From positions 32,001 through 96,000 of the forward strand of contig JBMOPW010000020.1 in the NCBI GenBank assembly GCA_049322915.1: 64,000 nt of DNA, written 5' to 3'. A program made the position numbers and the translations under genes. Origin of the DNA: Candidatus Zhuqueibacterota bacterium. Its GTDB lineage: Bacteria; Zhuqueibacterota; Zhuqueibacteria; Thermofontimicrobiales; Thermofontimicrobiaceae. A model generated the notes under the pieces. The model ran no database searches. It saw nothing but the letters and a program-made list of their open reading frames with translations, and was not told where the DNA came from. Below are positions 1-9,107 of this stretch, piece after piece; the first letter of the stretch is position 1; each line of letters starts with the position of its first letter.

Positions 1-49
1 AAATATTATCCTGTATGGATGATAGCAATTTGTAAAATGAATCTGATAA

Positions 50-150
50 AACACGGATGACGCGGATAACGCGGATTCGCACGGATAAATGAACCGATGC
101 CTTTTTTATATCCGCGAAAATCCGTTCAATCCGTGTCATCCGCGTTCTAT
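50..150. repeat. Palindromic element of the 'ACACGGATGACGCGGAT...ATCCGTGTCATCCGCGTTCTAT' family
   Basis: Arms are degenerate 9-mers (acgcggat..) with reverse complements on the other side; same family at 19406-20053, 23368-23513, 37406-37446, 55987-56102, 56609-56697. Confidence 0.75.
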
Positions 151-174
151 GTTTTAAATTTTTAATGGAGACGA

Positions 175-1821
175 TTGATGCCCGATAAACAAAAACTCGA
201 ACTCACCTGGATTGGCAAAAACGAGCAGCCCAAACTGGAGCCGCGCATTTTAATCGAAGCCAGGGAAAAATCCTACGGCGACCCCACGACCGAAAACATG
301 CTGATTCATGGCGATAATTTGCTGGCGCTCAAGGCTTTGGAACAGGATTTTGCCGGCAAGATCAAGTGTATTTATATTGATCCGCCGTACAACACGGGCA
401 ATGCGTTTGAGCATTATGACGATGGTCTGGAGCATTCGATCTGGTTGAATTTGATGAAGCCGCGACTGGAACTGTTGCGCAAGCTGCTTCGGGAAGATGG
501 CTCGATCTGGATTTCCATTGATGACGATGAATCGCATTATTTAAAAGTGTTGTGCGATGAAATATTCGGACGTAAAAATTTTGTTGCTAATGTAATTTGG
601 GAAAAAAAATATTCCCCACAGAACGATGCAAAATGGCTGTCTGATAGTCATGATCACATTTTAGCCTATTCGAAAAATAAAGAAATATGGAGACCTTATC
701 TGCTTCCACGTACTGATGAAATGAATGAAAGATACAAAAATCCAGATAATGATCCTCGAGGTTTATGGAAATCTAGTGGATTAGATGTTAAGACCTATAC
801 GGCATCATGTGATTATCCAATTACTACACCTTCGGGTAGAGTAGTTAATCCCCCTGGTAGCTCATGCTGGCGTGTTACAAAAACTCGCTTTGATGAACTT
901 GTAAAGGATAATAGAATATGGTTTGGGCCATCAGGTAATAACGTTCCATCTATTAAGCGTTTTTTAACTGAAGTTAAGCAAGGAAGTGTTAGTAAAACGA
1001 TTTGGTATAGAACTGAAGTTGGTGACAATCAGGAAGCCAAGAAAGAAACGTTAAATTTTAATGATAATGAAGTTTTTGCAACTCCGAAACCAGAGCGATT
1101 GCTACAAAGAGTGTTGCTTCTTGGCAGTCAGGAAGGAGATATAATTTTAGATTCTTTTCTCGGCTCAGGCACAACCGCCGCCGTCGCCCATAAAATGAAC
1201 CGCAAATGGATCGGCATCGAATTGGGCGAGCACTGCACCACCCATTGCCTGCCGCGCTTACAAAAAGTGGTGGATGGCAGTGACCAGGGCGGCATTTCCA
1301 AAGCCGTGCACTGGTTAGGTGGCGGCGGTTTCAAATTCTACGAAATGGCGCCCAGCCTGCTCAAAAAAGATAAATACGATAACTGGGTCATCGACGAAAA
1401 ATACAACGCCGACATGCTGGCGGCTGCCATGGCAAAACACGAGGGCTTTACCTATTTCCCGGATGCGGACGTGTTCTGGAAACAGGGGCAATCCACGGAA
1501 AAGGATTTCATTTTTACAACAACTCAATTTGTCACGCTGGAGTTCATCGATAAAATTCATGATGACATGAAACCGGGTGAAAGCCTGCTCATCGCCTGCA
1601 AATCGTTTCAGGAGAAATGCCGGGGACGGTACGACAATATCACGATCAAGAAAATTCCCAATATGCTGTTGGGTCGCTGCGAATTCGGCAAAGACGATTA
1701 CAGCCTGAACATCATCAACATGCCGCGCGACCCCAACGAACCGGAATTTGTTCCGCCCGGTCCTGACGAACCGGCGCAACCCAAAGAAGAAACCACGCAC
1801 CAGGGCAATTTATTTGACTGA
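175..1821 (+). CDS. mod: Type III R-M Mod subunit (N6-adenine DNA methyltransferase)
   Basis: IHGDNL, IYIDPPYN catalytic motif, DSFLGSGTT SAM-binding motif in beta-class order; directly upstream of res; start TTG 175 or ATG 178. Confidence 0.93.
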   Translation: MMPDKQKLELTWIGKNEQPKLEPRILIEAREKSYGDPTTENMLIHGDNLLALKALEQDFAGKIKCIYIDPPYNTGNAFEHYDDGLEHSIWLNLMKPRLELLRKLLREDGSIWISIDDDESHYLKVLCDEIFGRKNFVANVIWEKKYSPQNDAKWLSDSHDHILAYSKNKEIWRPYLLPRTDEMNERYKNPDNDPRGLWKSSGLDVKTYTASCDYPITTPSGRVVNPPGSSCWRVTKTRFDELVKDNRIWFGPSGNNVPSIKRFLTEVKQGSVSKTIWYRTEVGDNQEAKKETLNFNDNEVFATPKPERLLQRVLLLGSQEGDIILDSFLGSGTTAAVAHKMNRKWIGIELGEHCTTHCLPRLQKVVDGSDQGGISKAVHWLGGGGFKFYEMAPSLLKKDKYDNWVIDEKYNADMLAAAMAKHEGFTYFPDADVFWKQGQSTEKDFIFTTTQFVTLEFIDKIHDDMKPGESLLIACKSFQEKCRGRYDNITIKKIPNMLLGRCEFGKDDYSLNIINMPRDPNEPEFVPPGPDEPAQPKEETTHQGNLFD

Positions 1822-1823
1822 AT

Positions 1824-1890
1824 TTTGGAGTGATTTGATCCCGCCTTCTGCGGGACAAATCATACGGCGACACGGTCGCCGCACTCCAAA
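1824..1890. repeat. REP-like hairpin (TTTGGAGTG...CACTCCAAA) with internal hairpins
   Basis: Inverted ends tttggagtg / cactccaaa enclosing gatttgatcccgc..gcgggacaaatc and cggcgac..gtcgccg. Confidence 0.6.
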
Positions 1891-1917
1891 CGACTCAAAA
1901 AATAAGGAATTTTTACC

Positions 1918-4590
1918 ATGAATCGCATCGCCACATCCATAAAGAACCGACTGAGCTTACGGCCGCCGCAAACCGAAAGTCTGGCAATTTTAGCGGAACT
2001 ATGTGACCAATTCTCCCTGAAAAAAGATAGCGACCTGGCGACCGCGTTGCAACAGGTGCAGGAACGTTACCCAACGTGCAGCGATTTCGAACGCAGTTTC
2101 CCGTCCATCTGTTTTGCCCTGGCCACCGGCGTTGGCAAAACGCGGCTGATGGGCGCGTTTGTCGCTTATTTGTATTTAGCCAAAGGTATCAAAAACTTTT
2201 TTGTGCTGGCGCCCAACCTGACCATTTACAATAAACTGATCGACGATTTCGGCAATCCCAATCATCCCAAGTATGTGTTCAAGGGCATTGGTGAATTTGT
2301 CCATAACCAGCCGCGCGTGATCACCGGCGACAATTACCAGTACGCGTCCCAGCTCGATGTGTTTGCCGATGAAATTCATCTCAATATTTTCAACATCTCC
2401 AAAATAAACGCGGAGACGCGCAGCGGCAGCACGCCGCGCATCAAACGGTTGTCCGAGTATCTGGGCGAATCGTATTTCAGATACCTTTCGGGGTTGAAAG
2501 ATCTGGTGCTGCTGATGGATGAATCGCATCATTACCGCGCCGACCGCGGCATGCAGGTGATCAACGAACTCAATCCGGTGCTGGGGCTGGAACTGACCGC
2601 CACGCCGCAGGTGGAACGCAGCGGCGGTACTGTGAAATTTAAAAATGTCGTCTATGAATATGCGTTAGCCAAAGCCATTTCGGATGGATTCGTCAAAGAG
2701 CCGGCCGTGGCGACCCGAGAGGATTTTAAACCAGCGCAATTTTCCACCGAAGAGCTGGATCGGATCAAACTGGAAGACGGCGTGCGCATCCACGAGGATA
2801 CCAAAGTGGCGCTGGATATTTTTGCCCGCGACACCAAGACCAATAAAGTAAAGCCCTTTGTGCTGGTGGTTGCCAAAGACACCAATCACGCCGCCGCGCT
2901 GCGGGAGCTAATCGTTTCCAACTCATTTTTTGATGGCTACTATGCCGACAAAGTGATGGAAATTGACTCCAACCAGCGAGGCAGCGAAAAAGAGGAGAAT
3001 ATTCAAAACCTGCTGTCAGTGGAACAGACCGAGAATAAAATTGAAATCGTCATTCACGTGAACATGTTGAAAGAAGGCTGGGACGTCACCAACCTGTACA
3101 CCATCATTCCCCTGCGCACAGCGGCGGCGTTGACATTGCGGGAACAGACGATTGGCCGCGGCTTGCGCCTGCCTTATGGCAAACGCACCGGCAACGCCAA
3201 AGCCGATAAACTGACGATAGTGGCGCATGACCGGTTTCAGGAAATTATCGACGAAGCGAACAAACCCGGCTCCATCATCCGCAAGGAAAATATCATTATC
3301 ATCGACGAACATGAATTGAACCAGACGAAACAGGTGGTGACTTCGAGCTTTAAATATGTGAGCGTGTTTGAACAGGAGCAGAAGAAGATCGAGCAAATCA
3401 AAGATGTCCGTGAAAAGCAGAACGCGCAGGAACAGCTTGAGATAAAAAAAATAATTTTTGAAACCCTGCCCGAACTTAACCGCGATGTTAATTCCGTGGA
3501 TGAGCTAACCAAAACGGAAATCAAAGCCATTGCCGTAAAGCGCATCCAGGCAAAATTCGAAATTCAAGTGCAGCGGGATATGTTTTCCGGTGAAGTTGCC
3601 AAACAGGTAGAGCAGAGCTACGACGAGATAGCGAAAGAATTCGCACGGCATATCATCGAAATCCCGCGCATCACCATTATGCAGTCTGAGCAGGTTGATT
3701 CCGGTTTTTACGATTTTGATCTGGATGTGCAGAATTTGAACTACCAACCCGGATCCGAGGAAATCATCATACAAACGTTGCGTAATGGAGAAATTGAGTA
3801 TGTCGAGTCATCAGACCGGCGAATACGTTACAGCAGTCTTGAAAATATAATCGTTTCCGAGCTGATGAACCACGCTGAAATTGATTATGATGCGCACGCT
3901 GAATTGCTTTTTAAGCTGGCGCACCAGGCGGTAGAAAAATTCCGCAGCTATCTGGAAGAAGATAAAATCGCCAACGTCATTTTGTATCATAAACGGGATA
4001 TTGGCAAATACATTCACGTGCAGCTCATGGAACATTTTTATTACAAGACGCCAGATTTTCAGGAACCCATTGTTCGGCCCTTCACTCGAATCGAAACGCA
4101 AAATCTATCAAAATATACTGTCGATAAAATTTATGATTTTCGGGAGACAATCACGCCGGCAAATACCATTCCGAGCAAAGTGTTCAGTGGTTTTAAAAAG
4201 GCGTGTCATGACTTGTACAAATTCGATTCGAAAACCGAGAAAGATTTTGCCATCATTTTGGAGCAAAATGCCAACGTACTCAAGTGGCTTCGTCCGGCAG
4301 TGAATCAATTCAATATCTATTACAATCATAATTCGCAACGCTATTGCCCGGATTTTGTTGCGGAGACAAATGATTCACTTTATCTCATCGAAACTAAAAA
4401 AGAAAAGGACATAGAAAGCAGAGAAGTCCAGGAAAAGTCATTGGCTGCCGTACTTTATTGTACCCATGCGACGAACTTCACCCAAAAGCATCATGGAAAA
4501 CCCTGGAAATATGTGTTACTGCCCCACGATGCAGTCCAGATCAATATGAGCTTTAATACATTGGTTCAGCAGTTTGAGTATCAGGTTTGA
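1918..4590 (+). CDS. res: Type III R-M Res subunit (SF2 helicase/ATPase plus C-terminal PD-(D/E)XK nuclease)
   Basis: Walker A LATGVGKT, DESHH, LTATP, MLKEGWDV, QTIGRGLR; C-terminal YCPDFV..LIETK. Confidence 0.93.
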   Translation: MNRIATSIKNRLSLRPPQTESLAILAELCDQFSLKKDSDLATALQQVQERYPTCSDFERSFPSICFALATGVGKTRLMGAFVAYLYLAKGIKNFFVLAPNLTIYNKLIDDFGNPNHPKYVFKGIGEFVHNQPRVITGDNYQYASQLDVFADEIHLNIFNISKINAETRSGSTPRIKRLSEYLGESYFRYLSGLKDLVLLMDESHHYRADRGMQVINELNPVLGLELTATPQVERSGGTVKFKNVVYEYALAKAISDGFVKEPAVATREDFKPAQFSTEELDRIKLEDGVRIHEDTKVALDIFARDTKTNKVKPFVLVVAKDTNHAAALRELIVSNSFFDGYYADKVMEIDSNQRGSEKEENIQNLLSVEQTENKIEIVIHVNMLKEGWDVTNLYTIIPLRTAAALTLREQTIGRGLRLPYGKRTGNAKADKLTIVAHDRFQEIIDEANKPGSIIRKENIIIIDEHELNQTKQVVTSSFKYVSVFEQEQKKIEQIKDVREKQNAQEQLEIKKIIFETLPELNRDVNSVDELTKTEIKAIAVKRIQAKFEIQVQRDMFSGEVAKQVEQSYDEIAKEFARHIIEIPRITIMQSEQVDSGFYDFDLDVQNLNYQPGSEEIIIQTLRNGEIEYVESSDRRIRYSSLENIIVSELMNHAEIDYDAHAELLFKLAHQAVEKFRSYLEEDKIANVILYHKRDIGKYIHVQLMEHFYYKTPDFQEPIVRPFTRIETQNLSKYTVDKIYDFRETITPANTIPSKVFSGFKKACHDLYKFDSKTEKDFAIILEQNANVLKWLRPAVNQFNIYYNHNSQRYCPDFVAETNDSLYLIETKKEKDIESREVQEKSLAAVLYCTHATNFTQKHHGKPWKYVLLPHDAVQINMSFNTLVQQFEYQV

Positions 4591-4849
4591 CAAGAAATAA
4601 AATCAATAAAAGAAATTCTTTCTCGATCTATTAAAACGAGGAAATGTGAATAAACTATACTTCACAGGCATGTTCACCCACGGCGAATCGGAGTTTTTCA
4701 TCAGTTAAATCGATCCGGTCAGCCATACCGTGCGTAAATATTAGCCCGATTTCCTGGTTCAGGACAACTCGGGCAATTGGACTTTGTTCGAGATCAAAGC
4801 AGATTGCATGATCGACGATCCAGTGAATGCTGCCAAAGAACGATATGCC
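3335..4849 (+). repeat. Left arm of ~1.5 kb inverted repeat (partner 40536-42050)
   Basis: Reverse complement of 40536-42050; about 20 substitutions in 3335-4122, none seen in 4123-4849. Confidence 0.95.
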
Positions 4850-4882
4850 GCCCAAATGGGATTCGAGAATCAGATGCGGTGC
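4610..4882 (+). pseudogene. Decayed 3' end of a different Res-like PD-(D/E)XK nuclease
   Basis: Reads KKFFLDLLKRGNVNKLYFTGMFTHGESEFFIS*IDPVSHTVRKY*PDFLVQDNSGNWTLFEIKAD..; stops TAA 4706-4708 and TAG 4742-4744. Confidence 0.7.
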
Positions 4883-5262
4883 TGTCCAGTATCGATGTCG
4901 GATTGATTTTGAATTATTCTCCATCGCAAGTCAGTCAACTGCGCCAACAGTGGGAGAAAGATCACCAGGAAACCTTGCCATCCAGGGGCAGCTACCACGA
5001 TTTGGGGCGGACGTTTACTCATAAACAGCAAATCGTTGCCTATCATCTTGAGGGCTTGATGCCATCAGAAATCGCCCGTAAAACAGATCATGATCCTGCC
5101 TGTATGGATCGCTATATCAGAGATTTTGAAAGAACAGTCCCATTCTTCGAAGAAGGTCAACCCATTGCCAAGATTGCCTTCTACACGCGGCTGAGTGAAT
5201 CGTTGAAAAAAGAATACCGAAAAATTTATGAACAAACAATTGGCTGCTATAAAAAGACATAG
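4883..5262 (+). pseudogene. C-terminal fragment of a DUF1670-like HTH protein
   Basis: LPSRGSYHDLGRTFTHK..EIARKTDHDPACMDRYIRDFERT resembles DUF1670; the 5' part of ORF 4777 is the nuclease remnant read in another frame. Confidence 0.55.
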
Positions 5263-5547
5263 TTTCTGATAATTCCTTTTGAGTAGGGGTCAATTGATAC
5301 TATTGAATATTGAAATAAAACTTAAGCTCTTATTTTTGAAATTCGTCCGGCGTGCGATGCCTTTATGCATCGCAGACATCGCACTCCACGGTAACATTTC
5401 ATTATATCCCATCGACCGCTTTTCATTTTAGAATTTTAGGTAACGTTTTTATAAATTAGTCGTTCCCGCCATGCATTGAAAAAAGCGAACGGCCAGACGC
5501 TCCCTGTGTCCGCCAAAATCTACCCCGAATTATCCGACACGCGGCGC

Positions 5548-6528
5548 TCAGGTATTCCGAATCCGTTCCAATATCTCCCGCACAAAATCCGTCTTTGCCA
5601 GAGTATAGCGCTCCCGGTCGTGATGGAATTCTGCGGCCAATGACTGCTTCAGCGCGGCGTAGCGATTCGCATCTGCCGGATGCCGGCGCAGGTGATCGCG
5701 GAAGGCAAGTCCCTGCCACAGACGGTGCCCGGCCGGGGCGATGTGAATATGAACGATGCGCTGGCCCATGGGCCGGTTCCTCTTCAATAAAAAAATATGG
5801 TCGGAGAACCACCAATACTCCCATTCGCCGGAATCCAGCAGCGGACTCACGCGACGTTCGACCGCGTCCACCGACGGGCATTCCACCAGCACGTCGATGA
5901 TGGGCTTGGCCGGCAGGCACGGGATGGCGGTGCTGCCGAAATGTTCGATTCGCCGCGCCATGTCCGGGCCGAGGAATTGCCGCAGCCAGTCGGCGACCTG
6001 CTGAAACTGCCGCGGCCAGTCCGGGTTGTACGCCGCCAGCGCGATGGAATCATCGAACTCGCGCTGCTTCGATCTATCCACGTGAGCTAGGCCGGTCAGC
6101 CTGAAATCGTGGGGACCTTCGCCGGCCACGGCCGCCGCTTCCGGCAGCGAGGTTGCCGCAAATTCGCCAATCACTCGCGCCGGCGGCCCGGCAGTGACAT
6201 GCTGCCAGCGCCAGTCAATCTCATGTTCGGACAGCAGCGATGTCCGGCCATCGTGCGCATGCCTGAGACGCCAGCAGTGCGCCTCCAATTCCCATGCGAC
6301 CAGCCCCGGCGGTATCGGTTCGATGTGTTCGACTTCAATGCCGAAAAATTGAAAAACCTGCTCGTTGCGAAGCGGCAGTTGAAATCCCACGTATCGGGTC
6401 ACTGTCGCCGCGCCGGTCACGTCGCGCAGCAGTCGGTCGAACAGCTCGCCATAAAACGCAAGTCCTTCCGGGGACTGGCTATCGGCCGGGAGAATTCTCT
6501 GGCCCCCAATCATTGTCAAGCATGTCAT
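5548..6528 (-). CDS. GrpB-family nucleotidyltransferase-like protein with N-terminal extension
   Basis: YNPDWP..RIEHFGSTAIPCLPAKPIIDVL..FRDHLR..YAALK..YTLAKTDFV. Confidence 0.8.
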   Translation of the reverse strand: MTCLTMIGGQRILPADSQSPEGLAFYGELFDRLLRDVTGAATVTRYVGFQLPLRNEQVFQFFGIEVEHIEPIPPGLVAWELEAHCWRLRHAHDGRTSLLSEHEIDWRWQHVTAGPPARVIGEFAATSLPEAAAVAGEGPHDFRLTGLAHVDRSKQREFDDSIALAAYNPDWPRQFQQVADWLRQFLGPDMARRIEHFGSTAIPCLPAKPIIDVLVECPSVDAVERRVSPLLDSGEWEYWWFSDHIFLLKRNRPMGQRIVHIHIAPAGHRLWQGLAFRDHLRRHPADANRYAALKQSLAAEFHHDRERYTLAKTDFVREILERIRNT

Positions 6529-6555
6529 TCGAATCGTTGCGCTTTCTTCATCACG

Positions 6556-6927
6556 TTACGAAACCGGTGTCGCGGACTCATTTCCGCGGTTCGACTCCTG
6601 CGACAGCACCACCCACAATGTATAAATCCCCAGAGCGGTGCCGATGGGCAAAAGGGGCAGACTCAAAATTCCAAGAATCATGGCCATGACCCTGGCCCAA
6701 TTTTGACGTTTCAAAAGACCAATCCCGGCAATAATTCCCGGCAGCGCAACGAGCGCGCAAAACCCGGCCAGAATGACGCCGACAATCAGGGTGATTCGCA
6801 TGGCGTCATCGTCGCCGGACAGGATGCCTCCGCCAACAATGGCTGTAAACAGAAATGCGGCCGACAAAATTCCCAGCGCGCCAAAGACGATATACATCAC
6901 TCCCAAAACCTGAATATGTTTTTCCAT
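6556..6927 (-). CDS. Small integral membrane protein
   Basis: 3-4 hydrophobic helices, GLLKRQNWAR..PIGTALGIY; GGAGAGAGG upstream of ATG 6927. Confidence 0.7.
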   Translation of the reverse strand: MEKHIQVLGVMYIVFGALGILSAAFLFTAIVGGGILSGDDDAMRITLIVGVILAGFCALVALPGIIAGIGLLKRQNWARVMAMILGILSLPLLPIGTALGIYTLWVVLSQESNRGNESATPVS

Positions 6928-6972
6928 GGAATTCCTCTCTCCTTCGAATGTGATATCTTTCAATCCGGCTGC

Positions 6973-8415
6973 TCAGCGGCATACCTCAACAATCCAGTCG
7001 CCGATGATGGCCATGGCTGCCGGGGCCATAGTCTCTTCGATTTTCCCATAATCCATTGGCGCTCCGCTGGTGCTTGTCTGGAACAGGTGGTTTAAATCCG
7101 GGATTTCGCGAATCGTGACGCGGTTGTTGCCGGCATCTTTCAACGCTTTTTCAATGGCGGTCAAATTTTCTTTGGGCGGAACCTGTAAATCCTTGCCTCC
7201 GTTGATCGCCAGAACCGGGCACTTCACCTGGCCTAAAACGATGCGCGGATCATAGGTGAGAAAATAGCGGAACCACGGCGTCAGGATTCGTTTCGCCTGA
7301 CCCCGGGCAATCTCTTCCACGTCGCCGGCTTGCTTTCTTTCTTCATCGGTCATTTTTTCGAACGACTTTTTGACGATGTCTTTGATTTTGATGGTTGCGA
7401 GGGAGTCATTCGGTTCTGACTTCATGATTGTAAAAAGCTGCTCCTGTTGAACCCGGTTCTCCTCGATCGCTTCCTCGGATTGGCCGCTGGCGCGGGAGAT
7501 CAACGCGGCCTGGAGATACAATATCTCTTCGCCGGTCAGGCCCGGTCCCGCCATGAGCACAATGAACGCCACATCGCCGGACCTGGCCGCCGCCATGGGC
7601 GCGATCAATCCACCTTCGCTATGGCCGATGAGCCCGATTTTGGATTTATCAATTCGGGGATGATTTTTCAAAAACTGAACGCCAGCCAGGACATCCGAGG
7701 CAAAATCCTCGGAGGTGGACTGATTGACTGAACCGCCGGTCCCGCCAACGCCGCGGTCATCCACGCGAAGGACGGCAATTCCCCGGCGCGTCAGATAGTC
7801 CGACAACACGAGGAACGGCTTGTGATTGAACAGGCTTTCGTCCCGATCCTGCGCGCCGGAGCCTGAAATGAGCAGCACCGCAGGAAACGGGCCATCCCCG
7901 CGCGGGCTGGTCAATGTGCCGGTAATTTGAATTGCCGCCGTCTCATTTCTATAGCTGACTTCTTCTTCATCGTAGGGATAGGGTTTTTGTGGCAGTTGCG
8001 GTCTTTTGATCTCCGGCGCTTTATCGACCTTGGTCAATTTCAAAGGTAATGACATGCCGCCCTGATTCCAGTGGCCATTGAAGATCAGGCTGTCCGCGAC
8101 AAATTTGCCTTCGTAGAAGCCTCGCACCACAGCCACATCAAATCGGAGACTGTCGCCGTTGAATTTCACTTTATCAATCGGGATGCCAAAGGCGCCCTGG
8201 TCCGGGCTGTCCATCGTCGCTGCCCATGCGCCGGTCGAATCGGCTGACAGGTGAACCACCAGCCGCAGTTCCATCGCTTGAATTTTCAGCGCGCCCTGCC
8301 AGACGCCGGTGATATCGACTGTCTCGCCGGCGCCGGTTGCGGCTGATAGCCCGCGCGTTGCGAGCAGGGAAATCAGCAAAAACACCGTCGGGATAATAAC
8401 ACGGAATCGTTTCAT
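6973..8415 (-). CDS. Exported alpha/beta hydrolase (peptidase/esterase-like)
   Basis: Signal peptide; GSGAQDRD, GHSEGG nucleophile, DLQV, LNHLFQ. Confidence 0.85.
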   Translation of the reverse strand: MKRFRVIIPTVFLLISLLATRGLSAATGAGETVDITGVWQGALKIQAMELRLVVHLSADSTGAWAATMDSPDQGAFGIPIDKVKFNGDSLRFDVAVVRGFYEGKFVADSLIFNGHWNQGGMSLPLKLTKVDKAPEIKRPQLPQKPYPYDEEEVSYRNETAAIQITGTLTSPRGDGPFPAVLLISGSGAQDRDESLFNHKPFLVLSDYLTRRGIAVLRVDDRGVGGTGGSVNQSTSEDFASDVLAGVQFLKNHPRIDKSKIGLIGHSEGGLIAPMAAARSGDVAFIVLMAGPGLTGEEILYLQAALISRASGQSEEAIEENRVQQEQLFTIMKSEPNDSLATIKIKDIVKKSFEKMTDEERKQAGDVEEIARGQAKRILTPWFRYFLTYDPRIVLGQVKCPVLAINGGKDLQVPPKENLTAIEKALKDAGNNRVTIREIPDLNHLFQTSTSGAPMDYGKIEETMAPAAMAIIGDWIVEVCR

Positions 8416-8635
8416 CTCTTGCTCCTCTCTGTAAATGTCCGTTCCGGCAGATTGCGCCGGAGATTGTTATTCCTGAAAATGAATGTCAGGTCGAAGATAA
8501 TTCGTTTCTGTCCGAAAATACCAAAATTAGCTAAGGGGTTGATATTCTCAAACTTCATTACTTCAGACCTCATCTCCTAAAACCGTTCTTACCCTGCGGG
8601 CAAGAAGGGGAACATCTGTTCTCCCTCTCCTTTTA

Positions 8636-8909
8636 GGCTTACCCTTACCCATATCTTTTCTAACGCAGAGACCGCAGAGGTACGCAGCGTTTTGGTATTG
8701 AAAAAAAGCTGTTTGCAAATTTATGAGACCAGGTATTTTCCTGGTTATTCTGGTCTTCTGTGACTATGGGTGAACATGATTTTCATTGGTTGATTGAAAA
8801 TTTTAATATCACTCAGACCAATTCAAAGATAGTCTTTGCTCTGCGCCCTTCGCGACCTCTGCGTTTCATTTGATTGTAATATCCCCCAACGTATGGGTGT
8901 GGATTAGCC
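8636..8909. mobile_element. MITE-like element nested in a REP-like hairpin
   Basis: Imperfect terminal inverted repeats ggcttacccttacccata / tatgggtgtggattagcc; flanks ctttta / ttttta; internal acgcagag..ctctgcgt palindrome. Confidence 0.55.
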
Positions 8910-8999
8910 TTTTTAGACAGGGTTGGGGTGAGGTCAATATTAGCAGTTTTCAGACTGACACTAATTCGTGACAAAAGAACCAAGCTAGTCGAGATCGAT

Positions 9000-9036
9000 G
9001 CTGCCCGTCCCGGTGCAGAACGCAGGGACGGGCAGC
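9000..9036 (-). terminator. GC-rich hairpin downstream of pepF
   Basis: gctgcccgtccc..gggacgggcagc, 12-bp stem; U-tract weak. Confidence 0.4.
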
Positions 9037-9107
9037 ACGCGCGAAGATCGTCATGCGGTATTCATTCAGCTTGCGAAGCCCAGCCATTCGGGATTCGGAT
9101 GGTCAGT

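Noticed and set aside
175..1821. Phase-variable simple sequence repeat in mod
   Set aside because: No tandem short-unit tract seen and the frame is intact
4777..5262. 161-aa ORF as an intact gene
   Set aside because: Its first 35 codons are the nuclease remnant in another frame, joined at 4883 to an unrelated fragment
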